A stretch of DNA of 64,000 bases, from positions 1-64,000 of the forward strand of contig JALMLS010000440.1 in assembly GCA_038496445.1 (NCBI GenBank). Reading direction: 5' to 3'. A program made the position numbers and the translations under genes. Positions 1 through 12,151 of this stretch are shown here, in pieces. Every line of letters begins with the position of its first letter. Position 1 is the first letter of the stretch. The notes beneath the pieces are model-generated. The model saw nothing but the letters and a program-made list of their open reading frames with translations. It was not told the DNA's origin and searched no databases. This stretch comes from Trichosphaerium sp. ATCC 40318 (taxonomy: Eukaryota; Protista; Tubulinea).

Positions 1-913
1 ACTTGTCAATCCAATTAGCGGCCGTGAAGTTGTAAAAGTAAAAGGTACAATATTACTAACAAAATTAAACTCCTCAGTGCTGGTGATTGTCACAAGGTAT
101 CCGCCTTGCTGTAAACAATATCCTTTTGATAAAGTTATCGATGATATGTAATTTTACAAAGAGTACCTTGAGCTTGAGGCCATGAGTGTCTCACACTAAC
201 AGGGTTGTAGCAATGACCTGTTCAATGAAATAAATTAAAAACAGACTTAACATGATGGTTCCTCAATACCTGAAACGTTGTTGTAGTGATCACAAGATAC
301 ATTCTGTAAATTTTGTATACAAGGAGTTGATACTAGTGGAACATTGCCAGAGGGAGCTTCACAAACGAAATACTCTGAGTCACAAGCATTTGTTATGATC
401 TATCAAAAACGATTAAATGTTGTTTCTTAAACATATTGAACGCACGCCTCCCTCAAGCGTAGGGCAGTTGGTGTCATTTATGGCGCTCCCAAGATATGAA
501 AATCTCATAGCGATGGTACTGACAAGTGAGCTGTCATACCAAAAATAATCAATACTGTTCGAAGTGGTAATATCTAAACGTAATCGCTAATCAACCTTTT
601 AACAAACATGTGATTTGAACGAAAAGTGAAATAAATTTTGTGTTATCGTCGTACGGGAAATAAAGTCATTACAGACGCTTCCATAATACTGTCAAGTACA
701 AGAGGATTGAATCCTAACGGAGTAAATAAATAATTAGGGAATAATTAGGTCCGTTCTCTTAGAAACAATACCCATTTCGCATGAATCATTGTCTGTATCA
801 TTATGGAGCGTGTATGTTGTATTTTCCCAAGTACATCTCGAAACAACTGCACACGTGCTTATGGTGATGTAAATAAACACAAACAGCGAGAATAAGGTAA
901 ATCTTGAAGTCAT
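1..913 (-). CDS. C-type lectin surface protein paralog L1 (5' part; runs off the window start)
   Basis: Signal peptide MTSRFTLFSLFVFIYITISTC. Spliced exons are nearly identical to L2 (HCYNPVSVRHSWPQAQ-GYCLQQGGYLVTI). Confidence 0.85.
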
Positions 914-1818
914 ACGATATTCGAAGATGAAAAAATCAACTATGAAATGTATGAAAATAAGAAAATGTGCAGCAGATTTATGGAACTTAGATAGAGTTAA
1001 AACACACTGTGGAACCTCCAACTGCAAGTACAGCTTATGATATTGAGAATACAAAATAGGGTTACTGGGCCACACGTGTTCCATATTTATTCAGTTCCAA
1101 ACGTCTAAACACCTATAAAACACACACAAACGAACGTACAGCAGTTAAAAGGCTAAATAAGCTAAACTGTTGGTGTAAAACTCCGCGGAATAGTACTCCA
1201 TGCGCTTAAGCGTATGCCACGCAACATCTACTTCAAGCTTGGCCCAATTAGCACCACAATGTAAATTCATAATGGCTCCTAGTTAGCAGTCTTTTATACT
1301 TGTATTGATAGGATAATACGTTGCAATGTTATTTGTGTTAGCGCTTTCTTTGTTTCAGGCTTTCTGGTAGGGCTTCGTATTCTCATACTAGTGACTCTCC
1401 AATACCATCCAGAAGTGTTATGATTACCACTTGACAGTGCTAGAAGCACATACCTCCAATACTGCCTCGTGTTAACATTTACATACTTAGTCTATATTCA
1501 CGTTTAACTTTGGTTTTGTACTCCCAAAGCATCAATTGGAGACTTTGTGTTCTTTGATGTCAACAGAAACGGCACTCAAGTTAAAGTAACGTTACTATGT
1601 TGAAGTTGTTCTAAGCAAGTATATTTTGGATTTGTTCCTCAAACCATGTGATTTCTTGCTTCCAATGATAACGTATTACTATGCTATGGCACTATCCATT
1701 CTGGTAAAAACGCTATCTACCCGATTGGGTTAGAAGATATGAGATATCAATACCAATAAACAACCATCAAAGGAAAGAAAAAAGTACAAAATGATGATTT
1801 GTGAAGATTTTATTCATT

Positions 1819-3703
1819 TTACAAAAGCAAAAACACCATGACAAGAACTAGTACAGTACAAACAGTGAGCGTTCTACTGCTACACTTGAAAATATCTATA
1901 TTGAGAGTGCTCGAAAGCGATGTAGATGTTCTTGTTTGCTCAATACACTGGTTTCTACTCAAGAGAACCATTGGAGCAACCTCTTCGCATCCTATAAGTT
2001 GTGATATCAGTATTGAAGCTGCCTACAAAATATGTGTTACGCTTAAGGCTAAAGTGAGAGATAGTGATGTACTTCAATTGATGTTGCATCAATGTTAAAT
2101 GTACCAATGATACAGCTTCCTACTTCAAATATTGTATTTGTTTTGCTCAGTTGAAGTGTCGTATTTTTGAACCTAGCATCTCCTGTCGAAGCCTGTTAGT
2201 ATCAGCGTGTAATAACTACCATTGTACCATCAAGAAAAACATCAAAATCGAGTACAACAACACTATCCGTTGGTATAAAATCTAACAACTAACATAAGAA
2301 GACATTTAACCTGATACTATGGTGTACTGTGTACCCGTTACTAGTTCATCAGTTGGGGCTGAAGTTGGCATTGCTAAAAAACAGTTAACAATTTCTTTTT
2401 TTTACCAAAAAGTCTGTACCTGTTGATGGTGTATCTGTTGGTGTGGATGTTGGAATAACTAAACAAACTCGAGTTACATACAAATGACAAGCAAACTGTC
2501 TGTACCTGTAGGCGGTAGTGTAGGACGTGGAATTGAATCAAGTTCACATATGAAAAATTCTGCTCTGTCACAAGTAATATCAGCCCAACCTATCCCCCTT
2601 ATAATTTCAGTACGTATGAATACACAATTTTCATTGGAATTAGAGTCTTGTTCTGGCTCTAAAACCAACCAGGGAGTTTGAAAAAATACTTTTCCATAAA
2701 CAAAAGGTTCATTCGTTACTGCCTTTGTACTGGTGTTAATTGATTGTAGATTTCAAGTTAGGAAATATCAAGTACCCATTGAAAATCAAGGTGCTCTCTG
2801 TATCCACTTGTCAATCCAATTAGCGGCCATGAAGTTGTAAGAGTAAAAGGTACAATATTTCTAACAAAATTAAACTCCTCAGTGTTGGTGATTGTCACAA
2901 GGTATCCGCCTTGCTGTAAACAATATCCTTTTGATAAAGTTATTTATGATATGTAATTTTGCAAACAGTACCTTGAGCTTGAGGCCATGAGTGTCTCACA
3001 CTAACAGGGTTGTAGCAATGACCTGTTCAACGAAATAAGCTAAATACAAACTTAACATGATTGTTCCTCAATACCTGAAACGTTGTTGTAGTGATCACAA
3101 GATACATTCTGTTGTATTTGTATACAAGGAGTTGTTACTAGTGGAACATTGCCAGAGGGAGCTTCACAAACGAAGTTCTCTGATATGCAAGTATTTCGTA
3201 TGAGCTATCAATAAAGCGATTAAAAATGGTAGCCTAAACCGATTGTACGCACGCCTCGTTCAAGTGTAGGGCAGCTGGTATCATTTATGACGCTCCCAGG
3301 ATATCCTGATTCCATAGCGATGGTACTGACAAGAGAGTTGTCATACCAAAAATAATCAATACTGTTCGAAGTGGTAATATTCAAACGTAATCGCTATTTA
3401 GCGGTAAATCACGTGATTTGAACGAAAAGTAAAATAAATTTTGTGTTGTCGTCGTACGGGAAATAAAGTCATTACAGACGCTTCCATAATACTGTCAAGT
3501 ACAAGAGGATTGAATCCTAAAGAGTAATAAATAATTAGGTCCGTTCTCTTAGGAACATCACCCATTTCGCATGAATCGTTATCTATATCATTATGGAGCG
3601 TGTATGTTGTATTTTCCCAAGTACATCTCGAAACAACTGCGCACGTGCTTATGGTGATGTAAATAAACACAAACAGCGAGAATAAGGTAAATCTTGAAGT
3701 CAT
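1819..3703 (-). CDS. C-type lectin surface protein paralog L2 (signal peptide, degenerate CTLD, CTLD, Thr/Pro stalk, conserved C-terminal module, GPI-like tail)
   Basis: Hand-spliced GT-AG introns give CTLD motifs WPQAQGYC..GGYLVTI, LIGL, W...EPE...ENCVF...WADITC...FICE and a hydrophobic C-terminus VCTVLVLVMVFLLL*. Confidence 0.88.
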
Positions 3704-4213
3704 GTGATATTCGAAGATGAAAACCAAATATGAAATGCATAAAAAAAGAAAATGTGAATAAATATTGTTTTAGGTGCTAAAGTAACAAAAACACGCACCA
3801 AAGGACACCTCTGTACTGAAAGCTAAAAGGAGATTTATGGAACTCCGAATAGAGTTACGGTTCCAATTTTTTCAAATATGACGGAATTTCTGAAACTGTC
3901 TCAAAAACAATGCTGGCCATGCCTCGTCAACCACTTTAAACTACAAAACTAATTTCCACTGTATTTAGACTTAGACAATACAAAACATGTTGTAAATAGA
4001 TCTCGAGAAAGTATGAAATCGCTTTCTATGGTTTGAATAAGAATGCAACAAAATTCTGGTGCTCAACACACAGTTACAAAAAAGCCTGAACTAGGTATGT
4101 GCAACTTCATTCCCCACACTCTCAATTAAGATGATACTGTCTAATTGCTTTTTTAATCGCTTAGATGGAACAACTTTTAGCTGACATATCATAGCAATAT
4201 GATCATTAGTGTT

Positions 4214-4906
4214 TCAGCTCCAATAATTACTATCCCATTTAACTTCATGTACACCAATCAATACCTTGGCACCCTCTTTAGTTGCACGTGTATCATATAA
4301 GGTAATGGTATGAACACCAACTAAGTACTTCAAACATTCATATGTAATTATAGTTCTTTCTAATTCAATCTCATGAACACCAGCCAATGCCTCTACACCC
4401 TCATCTGTAATTGAAGTACTAAGTAAATCAATTGTATGAACACCAGCTAAAGCCTTGATACCCTCATCTGTTATATTGACACAGTATGACAGCCTAATAG
4501 TATGAACACCAGCTAACGCCTTCAAGCTTTCATCTGAAATGCCATCACAGTCACGTAAGTTAATTGTATGAACACCTGCCAAAGCCTTGACGCCCTCATC
4601 TGTAATATAATCACATTCTGATAAGTTAATAGTATTTACGCCCTCCAATAAGTACAAGTGCTTATCACTGATATCTCTTGAAATGAAAACAGTCTCAATA
4701 GAGGTGTTTTGAAGCAAAGGGCTTCCAGAAAGAAGATATTCCCCTTACGCTTGTAACCTTTATTAACCCGTATCCAACATGGTTGTGAATGATATCTCGC
4801 AACGGCATGTTTGTGCTGAACGGAGCGTAAAAGAGCCTTGTTTCAGGATATGAACGATTATTTCAACAGGCAGGTATATAAGGTCCAATGTGGTACTATC
4901 TTCCAT
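4214..4906 (-). pseudogene. Intronless F-box + leucine-rich-repeat pseudogene (paralog of 53563-54579)
   Basis: Starts MEDSTTLDLIYLPVEIIVHILK. Two frameshifts (~4800 and ~4742) with an intervening TAA relative to the intact paralog. LRRs of the form ITDEGVKALAGVHTINL. Confidence 0.85.
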
Positions 4907-5423
4907 GCTGCAGATGTAATCCAGGTGTTATCAGTTAAAAAACGACCAGTGTTGACTGTTTTGACGTACACTTGGATAGTAAAGGGAAACTAATGTTTAT
5001 TATAGCGCAGACACAGTCAAGTAGTCATGCTTAGACAACATGAATACTATTACAGAGGAAGTATTAGGCAATACAATTTACACTTATGCCAGTATTCTAA
5101 AATCAGATAAGTACAGGATGTGCATACTAGCTAGTCTAGCTAGTAAAATTAGAAGACGTGCATAATGCTCTAAACTGTTTTTAACAATAGACTTGTACTG
5201 ACATTAGAAATGATACGGGAATAGTTGCGCTAATTTAAATTTTACGGAGGCTGTTACATTACTCAAAGCATACAGGGTGCCACGTGTAAGTCTATACGAC
5301 ATGTTCCAAAACCTTTCTTTCATTGAATCCGTGAGCTAGCCAACACCAAATCCAATCTATTAGTAGGAACAATAAATTTCTCGTATCAAACTACTACGTA
5401 AAAAAAAACATCGAAAATTGAAC

Positions 5424-5498
5424 GAAAACTCAACACTTTTCAAAACCACAATTTTTTTTCTATCAAATAAACGTTTCGACAAATTGTGGTTGACAACT
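5424..5498 (+). promoter_or_regulatory. Putative upstream promoter boxes of ncRNA copy 1 (GAAAACTC; AACCACAA-T8; TTGACAACT)
   Basis: The same three boxes occur in the same order and similar spacing upstream of copy 2. The CCACAA box lies ~65 nt before the RNA. Confidence 0.45.
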
Positions 5499-5509
5499 CA
5501 ATTGATACC

Positions 5510-5686
5510 AAAAGTGGGTGCTCACATGTCAACTTGCTGGTGTAGACACCACTATCACCAAATGTACCCTTGTGGTCTGTCTATGGCGTGTGCTCTAAAC
5601 CCCTGAACCTATCTTTGAAATACTTGGCATGCCTGCCTCCCCCGAGCCACGCCAGGAACTTGCACTGACTCAATCACCTCTACTTT
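5510..5686 (+). ncRNA. Unidentified structured ncRNA, copy 1
   Basis: GC-rich island homologous to 11896-12069(-), with frame-breaking indels. Nested stems AAAGT-GGGTG/CACC-ACTTT, GTCA/TGAC, TAGACA-CCAC/GTGG-TGTCTA, TGGCGTG-GCTC/GAGC-CACGCCA, GGCA/TGCC. Strand inferred from the conserved upstream boxes. Confidence 0.65.
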
Positions 5687-6299
5687 AATTAGCAAAACTA
5701 CTATTTGTGTTCTGAGACATTATTTTCTTGAGGTTTCAGACAAAATGGACATTAGGAAACAACTACAATTTTAATACAGCATTCAAAACGAAGACTAAGT
5801 TTCATTGCGCATCATGCCTTATTCTTGTTCTATGCCACGTGCTCATATACCAATGTAAGCGTTCATAGATTCTGTCGCGTTTAATGATTAAAGTGAGAAC
5901 TTGGTACACGTGACACTTTATTGTAGCTTAGTGAGTTAGATTAAATAAGCTCGGAAAGGTCAACAGTTCAGCTTATTTTTAATCTGACCATTGACTAAGG
6001 TACTACCGTTGTTAAAAACATCCAAATTTCCAATCTCGAGCATACCACAACAAGCTATATTTTCAAGTATTGTAAAAATAACACGTGGAACAAAGATAGC
6101 GTGGTGTATAGCCAGCGCTTCATGACACGTTGACTATAATATCTTGTAACATCAGCGCGGGTTATAGGTCTATTAGAGAGTGTAGCGTCTAAGCAGAACG
6201 GTGCCAGTGATTAGCTGAATCTTTATAATCAGACCAATAACGTGCACATTGTTAGAACTACTTTAAAACCATAGCTACAAATACAAACAAGTAGCGAAC

Positions 6300-8191
6300 A
6301 TGAAACTAATACTTTTGTCACTAGTATTGGTCTTGTTTACTTTAACGACTAAGAGTCAGAGCGTAATCGACTCGTTGACTACGTTCCAACCTGTTGTTCG
6401 GGCAGAAGGTACATCTGGTGGAGGCACTGTTGAAAACGAGAGTCCTGCACCTGTACCAGATCCTTCGTACCTTGGAAGTCGTTCTCTTTATGCTAGAGCA
6501 GATAACGCAAGACTTGGTGATGAAGTAAGCACTAGAGCAGTAGCAGGAGGTCTACAATGTAATATTGCGTCTGGCACAAAAGGTGTTTCCGAATGGCGTT
6601 ACAGTTCAATCTCGAACGTTGATTTGCTTTCAACTGGCTGCGGTACGCGTTTGTTTTTATAATTTGACTACACAGTCTGTAATTGTTTTACGCCTAACCC
6701 GAGACCACGTTTTTCTTTGAGTTAAAATTATAGTCTTGGCAGTATTTGGTGTTATTTTAAATCACCACAGTTACTATGCAGTGTATCTTTTCTTTTTTTT
6801 CTTAAACGAACTATTTTAGTGTTAGGACGTGTTGTCTTAATTTTTACCTACAGGGTGCTTTGCTTTGACGGAAGTCGGTCCTGATAAAAATCACAAACTC
6901 AAAGTAACAACAAAGAGTGGAGGAACATCAGCTGTTTCGACATCACCAATTCTCCCTGCTCTTCCTGGAGCTGAGAGGCTTGTGTGTATACCTATTGAAG
7001 CTCCTTTTGCTGCGTACGAATCGGTGACGAACCTTGTATTGCAAGTAGATGGCACTATTCAGGCGCAATTTGATGTGGATTTAACTCAATTCTGCTGCGT
7101 TACACCAACGACTGCTTGGCATACTATAGCACCAGGACCCTATACTGTCGGTAAATATTTTTTACGAATAGGAACCAATAAAAAGTTGCACGTGGGATTG
7201 ATTTTATTTGACTATTGTTTTTCCTTTTTTTCAGTTAAAAATGTTGATGTCTTAATTTTTTTCTTTAGGTTCTTGTACTGACTTAACTCTAAATATTCGA
7301 TCCTATGTTCGTCTTCCGTCCGCAAATGAAGATTTTACATACTCTTTCTCTATGAACGGCTTAGGTACAGTGACTGGAGGCTCTCTATCTTGTACAAACG
7401 GAGTAAGTATTTGCACAACTATTTTTTTTTTTTGAAGTCTTTGGTTGTATTTACCGACCTTAAACATGTTAAATTTACACACATAGGTATCCGGTCACAA
7501 TCGATGGCGGGTCAGGATCAATCAGCGGTGGCGGTACACTGGCCGATGGCATCTCTAGCACGTGCAGTTTTGAAGGTATAACAATAGTTATATTTTGCTT
7601 GTTTCTTCTATCCTTTTCTAGTGTGCTGGACGACTAGTGGTATGGCCGACTTTAGCGCAAGTATCAATAGCTCTAGGATTGGTAACTCATATAACTCTAA
7701 TGCTGATGTGGACCCGTGAGTAAACACAATAATCACGTGCTCTAAAATACATTTGTAGATTCAATGATTCAGATCCATACAGAAAATGTCAACCGAACAC
7801 TCCTTCAACTATAACTGTTGTAGAAGTACGTCAATATCACAATTGAAAGTACCGAAAAACCAAAAAAGAACATATAAGGAAGTACACAATTTGTGTAGAA
7901 CTTCCGTTAAGATTGTTTTTCTTCCGCTGCTTATAATACTTTGCGTACAACTGATTCACCTATTAGCCTCCAAGCACAACTACACCTCCAACTACGACAA
8001 ACCCTCCAACAAGCGCACCACAAACTACTGAACCACCAACCACACATTCTGGAACACTTCAAACTGACTCTGGTACTTGATATACTCGTTTTTAATGTAA
8101 CTCATCACTACTAGGGGATACAAGTAGTGTTGGTGTACTGCGAATAGATCTTGTGTTTCTCTTAATGACAATGATGGCTTTGGTATTGTAA
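6300..8191 (+). CDS. Secreted/GPI-type surface protein A with Thr/Pro-rich stalk
   Basis: Signal peptide MKLILLSLVLVLFTLTTKS. Multi-exon. Ends PSTTTPPTTTNPPTSAPQTTEPPTT...DLVFLLMTMMALVL*. Paralog at 12572-14477. Confidence 0.8.
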
Positions 8192-8510
8192 GGACAGTTA
8201 TTTGATACAATAAACCAACTAGTTAACCATTGCACAAAACTTTTATTTTTCTCGTAGCTAAGAATTAAACGAGAAAGTTCGCTTAGCCACCGGAAAATCA
8301 CGTGTATTTGAGCGCAAAAAATTGTTGTTAAAATGTAGGCCAATAATGCATGTAACAATTGTTATCTTTACAACCACCTCACGGTTAAATTTTACATGTT
8401 AAGGTAATTTGTTTTTGTGTTATTTACGGAAAACTCCGTTGTATCCATCATTGGAACTTTTTCTTCTATTGATATCAGTAAGTATTTTAATGATAGTTAG
8501 TATTATTCTA

Positions 8511-11500
8511 TTATTGTAATAGTACCTCTAGATTCTTTTTTAGGCATAAGATGCATCAACAGAGGAGATACAAAGTCAGTATTTACATTTTTAAAAACAA
8601 TTTCAGGTCTATGATACATAATTGTTTTTGCGATCGTCTCAATATCTCCATCCCACCTAGAACGCTCTTATGTTAAAATAATGCTCAAAGGTTACAACGC
8701 GTAGAAAAACACCAAAATTGAAAGCAATGTACCAGAATGGTATAGGAACAAGTGTCAAACCTACATAACGAAAAATGAGAACTCAGCCGAACTTTTAAAA
8801 AACCTGTACCGCTGTCTCTACATCTCTGAGCTTTCTCAGCGTCCCTGAATTGTACAGAAGAAGGAGACTCCATTCTCATAGCAGTAGTATAAAAATGTAA
8901 TTCGCCTAAGCACATGTTAATAAGAGCCTGAAAAGAGTTCGAGTTGGCAACTTTGTTGAAGTTCTTGTACCTTGGTACTCCAAACAAATATCGTAGCCAG
9001 AAACAAAGACATCAACAGATATCATTATACCTCTCTGGTTTCCAACACCAATAATATGTTCTTCATGAACTACAACATCTGGGAATAGTTGTCTTACAAC
9101 GTTAAGCAGCAATCTTTAAAAAAAAAGAGTCAAAATCCAAGAAAGTTGGTATGCGTTTACTTCTGCTTAGCCTTCTTGCCAATGAGAGGAAATTTTGACC
9201 AGTCCCACTGGAAACCTCTATCAAATTGATTGAGAATCTTAGGATAATAACCCATAAGTCCTTTAGCGCCTATGGAGCTAAGTTGAAGAACTGAAACACG
9301 ATACCTAAAAAAATAATGAACTTCAAAAGTTTGACATGGAAAAAAAAACAATGTCAACAGCTGAGTTGTAATTACACCACATTTTCGGTGTTTGGATAAA
9401 ATATATGTTTTAGGTGTAAATAGTGTATACTGCATTATTCTTTTGGTACTGCTATGTATGAAGATTTGCGTACCAATCTTCTGGTTGTTTAATGTTCAAA
9501 GTCTTTTTCGCAAACTCAAGAAAATCTTGTTGATGCTTTGTGATTTGCCAGTAACCTTTAGCCATTGGTAGTGGTCCAAATAGTTTGTCCCAGTTATGTT
9601 TAGGATATAAAACGCCAAGGGATTGCTGTAAAGAACCATACCTTGCCATAACAGTTAAAAAAATAAAAGACAATGTGAAACCAAATAACAGAAAAAAAAA
9701 CACATACTTTTTAATGCTGCTCTTCGCCAACCGGTTTACTTTTTCTGGATCGGCATTAAACCACTCTTCTAATATCTTAATATTGAGTACATTCGCTATT
9801 GAGTTAAACTGAAGTCTTTCACGGCCAAGGTAGTCATATTCTTCTTCATTTTCATCTTTTTGATAAAACTTTTTTGGTGCATTTGGATACAGCGCATCAA
9901 GCGTTTTTGCTAGCGAGTGACCGTATCTATGCTTCTATTAAAATGCCATTATACTATTCGTTATATTAAGAGTTACCTTGAAATTGCGTTGGAACCGCCT
10001 AGGCGTGTAACATCTGACCAGCTAGTGTTTATCCAATCTGACAATAATTTCACGCCTAATGTCTCTGCTATATCCTCAAATACTTTTCTATCTTGTTCAA
10101 TATCGGTAACAGGTACAATATTAAGAGATCTAAATTATCAATAAGGGATATAACTCCAAAACAAAGCCAATAAAAAACTGAAATTGACAGTATCAAAAAA
10201 CCTCATTTCAGTCATGATGTAATCAGTTTTCACACCACGTACTTGTTCTTAAACTTCCATTGTAGCCAATTATAATGCGGATAAAGAACCTCCAAGAATC
10301 GGATAAATGAGGAAAATCTAATAACATAAAATGTTAATAATGATCGATGAAGAAAGCGAAGTTGCTCTATGATATAAAATTGATAAAGCAAGGGAACATC
10401 ATACTTGGTTATTAGTGGATATCCACCGCTTTTTAATATTTCCTGATGTGTTATGTTATACCAACCACTTAAATCAGTAATACCAAGTTTCTCAGCTACA
10501 TGCTCTGCAAGCTCATGTTGATTCTTTTTATTATTCCAAAAACCCTTATTTACAGTCGACCTAAAAAAAACACTTTGGTCAGTGGTACCTATCTCAATTG
10601 CGGCATTTTATTACTTACCCTGATGATGAGGTTTTATCCACCCAATAATGGTCAGGATATATTGTCCTTAGAGCAGCAAGTAAATCCAAATCATACCTGA
10701 AACGAGAAGATAAGAAAAAGAACAAGTGTCGACAATAAAAAAGCACACTAGAAAAGTCTTGGCGGGCGACTTTGCAACAAGCAACTTGAATACATAGAAC
10801 CAAGGCCGTGATTGGTTATCACCACATCGACAGCTTTCTGCTGCGCTCATAATCATGAAACAAAATTAAAGAAAAAAAGTTTCAAAATTTTTAGTAGTTG
10901 TCAAAGAAATAAACGTTGTGTACTTTGTCATTATACCATATCCTCCATATTCTCGTATTTTATTTACAGATATACCTTGCCAATCATCAAGACATTTAAC
11001 ACCAATTAAACTTGCCATCTCATCAAATTTACTCTTTTGATTTTTAACTTCATTCCAATACTGGTTTGGAACATTGTTTCTTAACAAGCGTTATCAGTAT
11101 TTATTATCACGTGATTTAATGTAAAAAAAGTAATTGCACTAAGTATACGTACTCGAATCTCCATGTGATCCATTTTTTCTCCGGGTATAACGCTTGAAGT
11201 GCTGATACAAGTGAATTTCGATATCTGCGAAAAAAATACTCAAAAAGTCAGTTTATTCTACAACTATGGACTTTCAGATTTGTAAATTGCCCCTACGAAA
11301 CGACTAATACTAGTGATTTTATAGCATAATTTTTTGGATTGTAAGGTTCGTCTGCAAACGAGAGAGAAGTATTTCTTTTTTGAAAGTTTTTTTGATTTTG
11401 ACAAAAACGCACTTGTTTAAGATATGGTGGAGCTTGGTATCGTCTATTTGAACAAGTGATACTCTATTTACGCTGTACCAATCTCCTACTGTATGTACGC

Positions 11501-11718
11501 GAAGCTGAGGTGCCACAACTGTCTCGAAGTAGAGTTTTTGCTTACTGACATTGGCTAGGCGTTGGCGCGCCTTCTTAGGTACTAAAACAGGTTTACCAAG
11601 ATGTTTATAATCGCTTTAAACCGAAATTTGTTAAATAAGCTTTAGAATGTCCTAATCGACCGAATTTGGCGTATAAGGGCGTACGAGTTGAATACCAGTT
11701 GAATGCAACGTTCGTCAT
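8511..11718 (-). CDS. Trp-rich tandem-repeat protein (~6 repeats of ~65 aa) with C-terminal RAP/PD-(D/E)XK-like endonuclease domain; start codon uncertain
   Basis: Repeats of the form YW...NQ...F...A..L.....DWY.......GG......Y.SL..AL..LYP...W. C-terminus VDVFVSGYDICLEYQGELHFY...RDAEKAQRCRDSGLTLVPIPFWWDG. Confidence 0.75.
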
Positions 11719-11895
11719 CAAAACTCGTTTATTCGCTTGTTGGTACACTTATATCGCGCTTTTCCACTATTTCAGAGACCATTATGGTAGATTTATAGCG
11801 ATTGGACCAATGAAGTGTCAAAAGCGTGTAAAAAACTTATAGATCACCAAGCTCTTAAAAAGACAATAACTTCCCTTGATGAAGCACCAATGAAC

Positions 11896-12069
11896 AAAAA
11901 GTAAGGTGATTGAGTCAGTGCAAGTCTCTGGTGTGGCTCGAAGGCAGGCGTGCCTGAAAGAACGATAGATGAGGGTTTAGAGCACACACCATAGACAGAC
12001 CACGGGGATTCTCCGATTGATTGTGAGTGGCGTCTAAACTTGCATGTTGACATGGGAGCACCCACTTTT
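11896..12069 (-). ncRNA. Unidentified structured ncRNA, copy 2
   Basis: Same stems as copy 1, with a compensatory change (TGGTGTG/CACACCA versus TGGCGTG/CACGCCA). Ends in CACCTTACTTTTT on the minus strand. Confidence 0.65.
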
Positions 12070-12076
12070 GAGATAA

Positions 12077-12151
12077 AGTTGTCAATAACTCCATTTTGTT
12101 TACAGATTTTGTTATGAGAAAAAAATTGTGGGTTAAAAATACCGAGTTTTC
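12077..12151 (-). promoter_or_regulatory. Putative upstream promoter boxes of ncRNA copy 2, including ACCCACAA (12133-12126)
   Basis: ACCCACAA lies 64 nt upstream of the RNA and fits the Dictyostelium snRNA upstream element DUSE (WCCCAYAA, about -63) as I recall it. Confidence 0.5.

Noticed and set aside
5510-5686. TPP riboswitch (GGGTGCT...CCCCTGAACCT...ATGCCTGC resemblance)
   Set aside because: The essential CUGAGA motif is absent and copy 2 does not keep GAACCU.
11844-12065. ORFs 11844-12065 and 5418-5606 as proteins
   Set aside because: The two homologous copies differ by frame-breaking indels while preserving base pairing, so conservation is at the RNA or DNA structure level.
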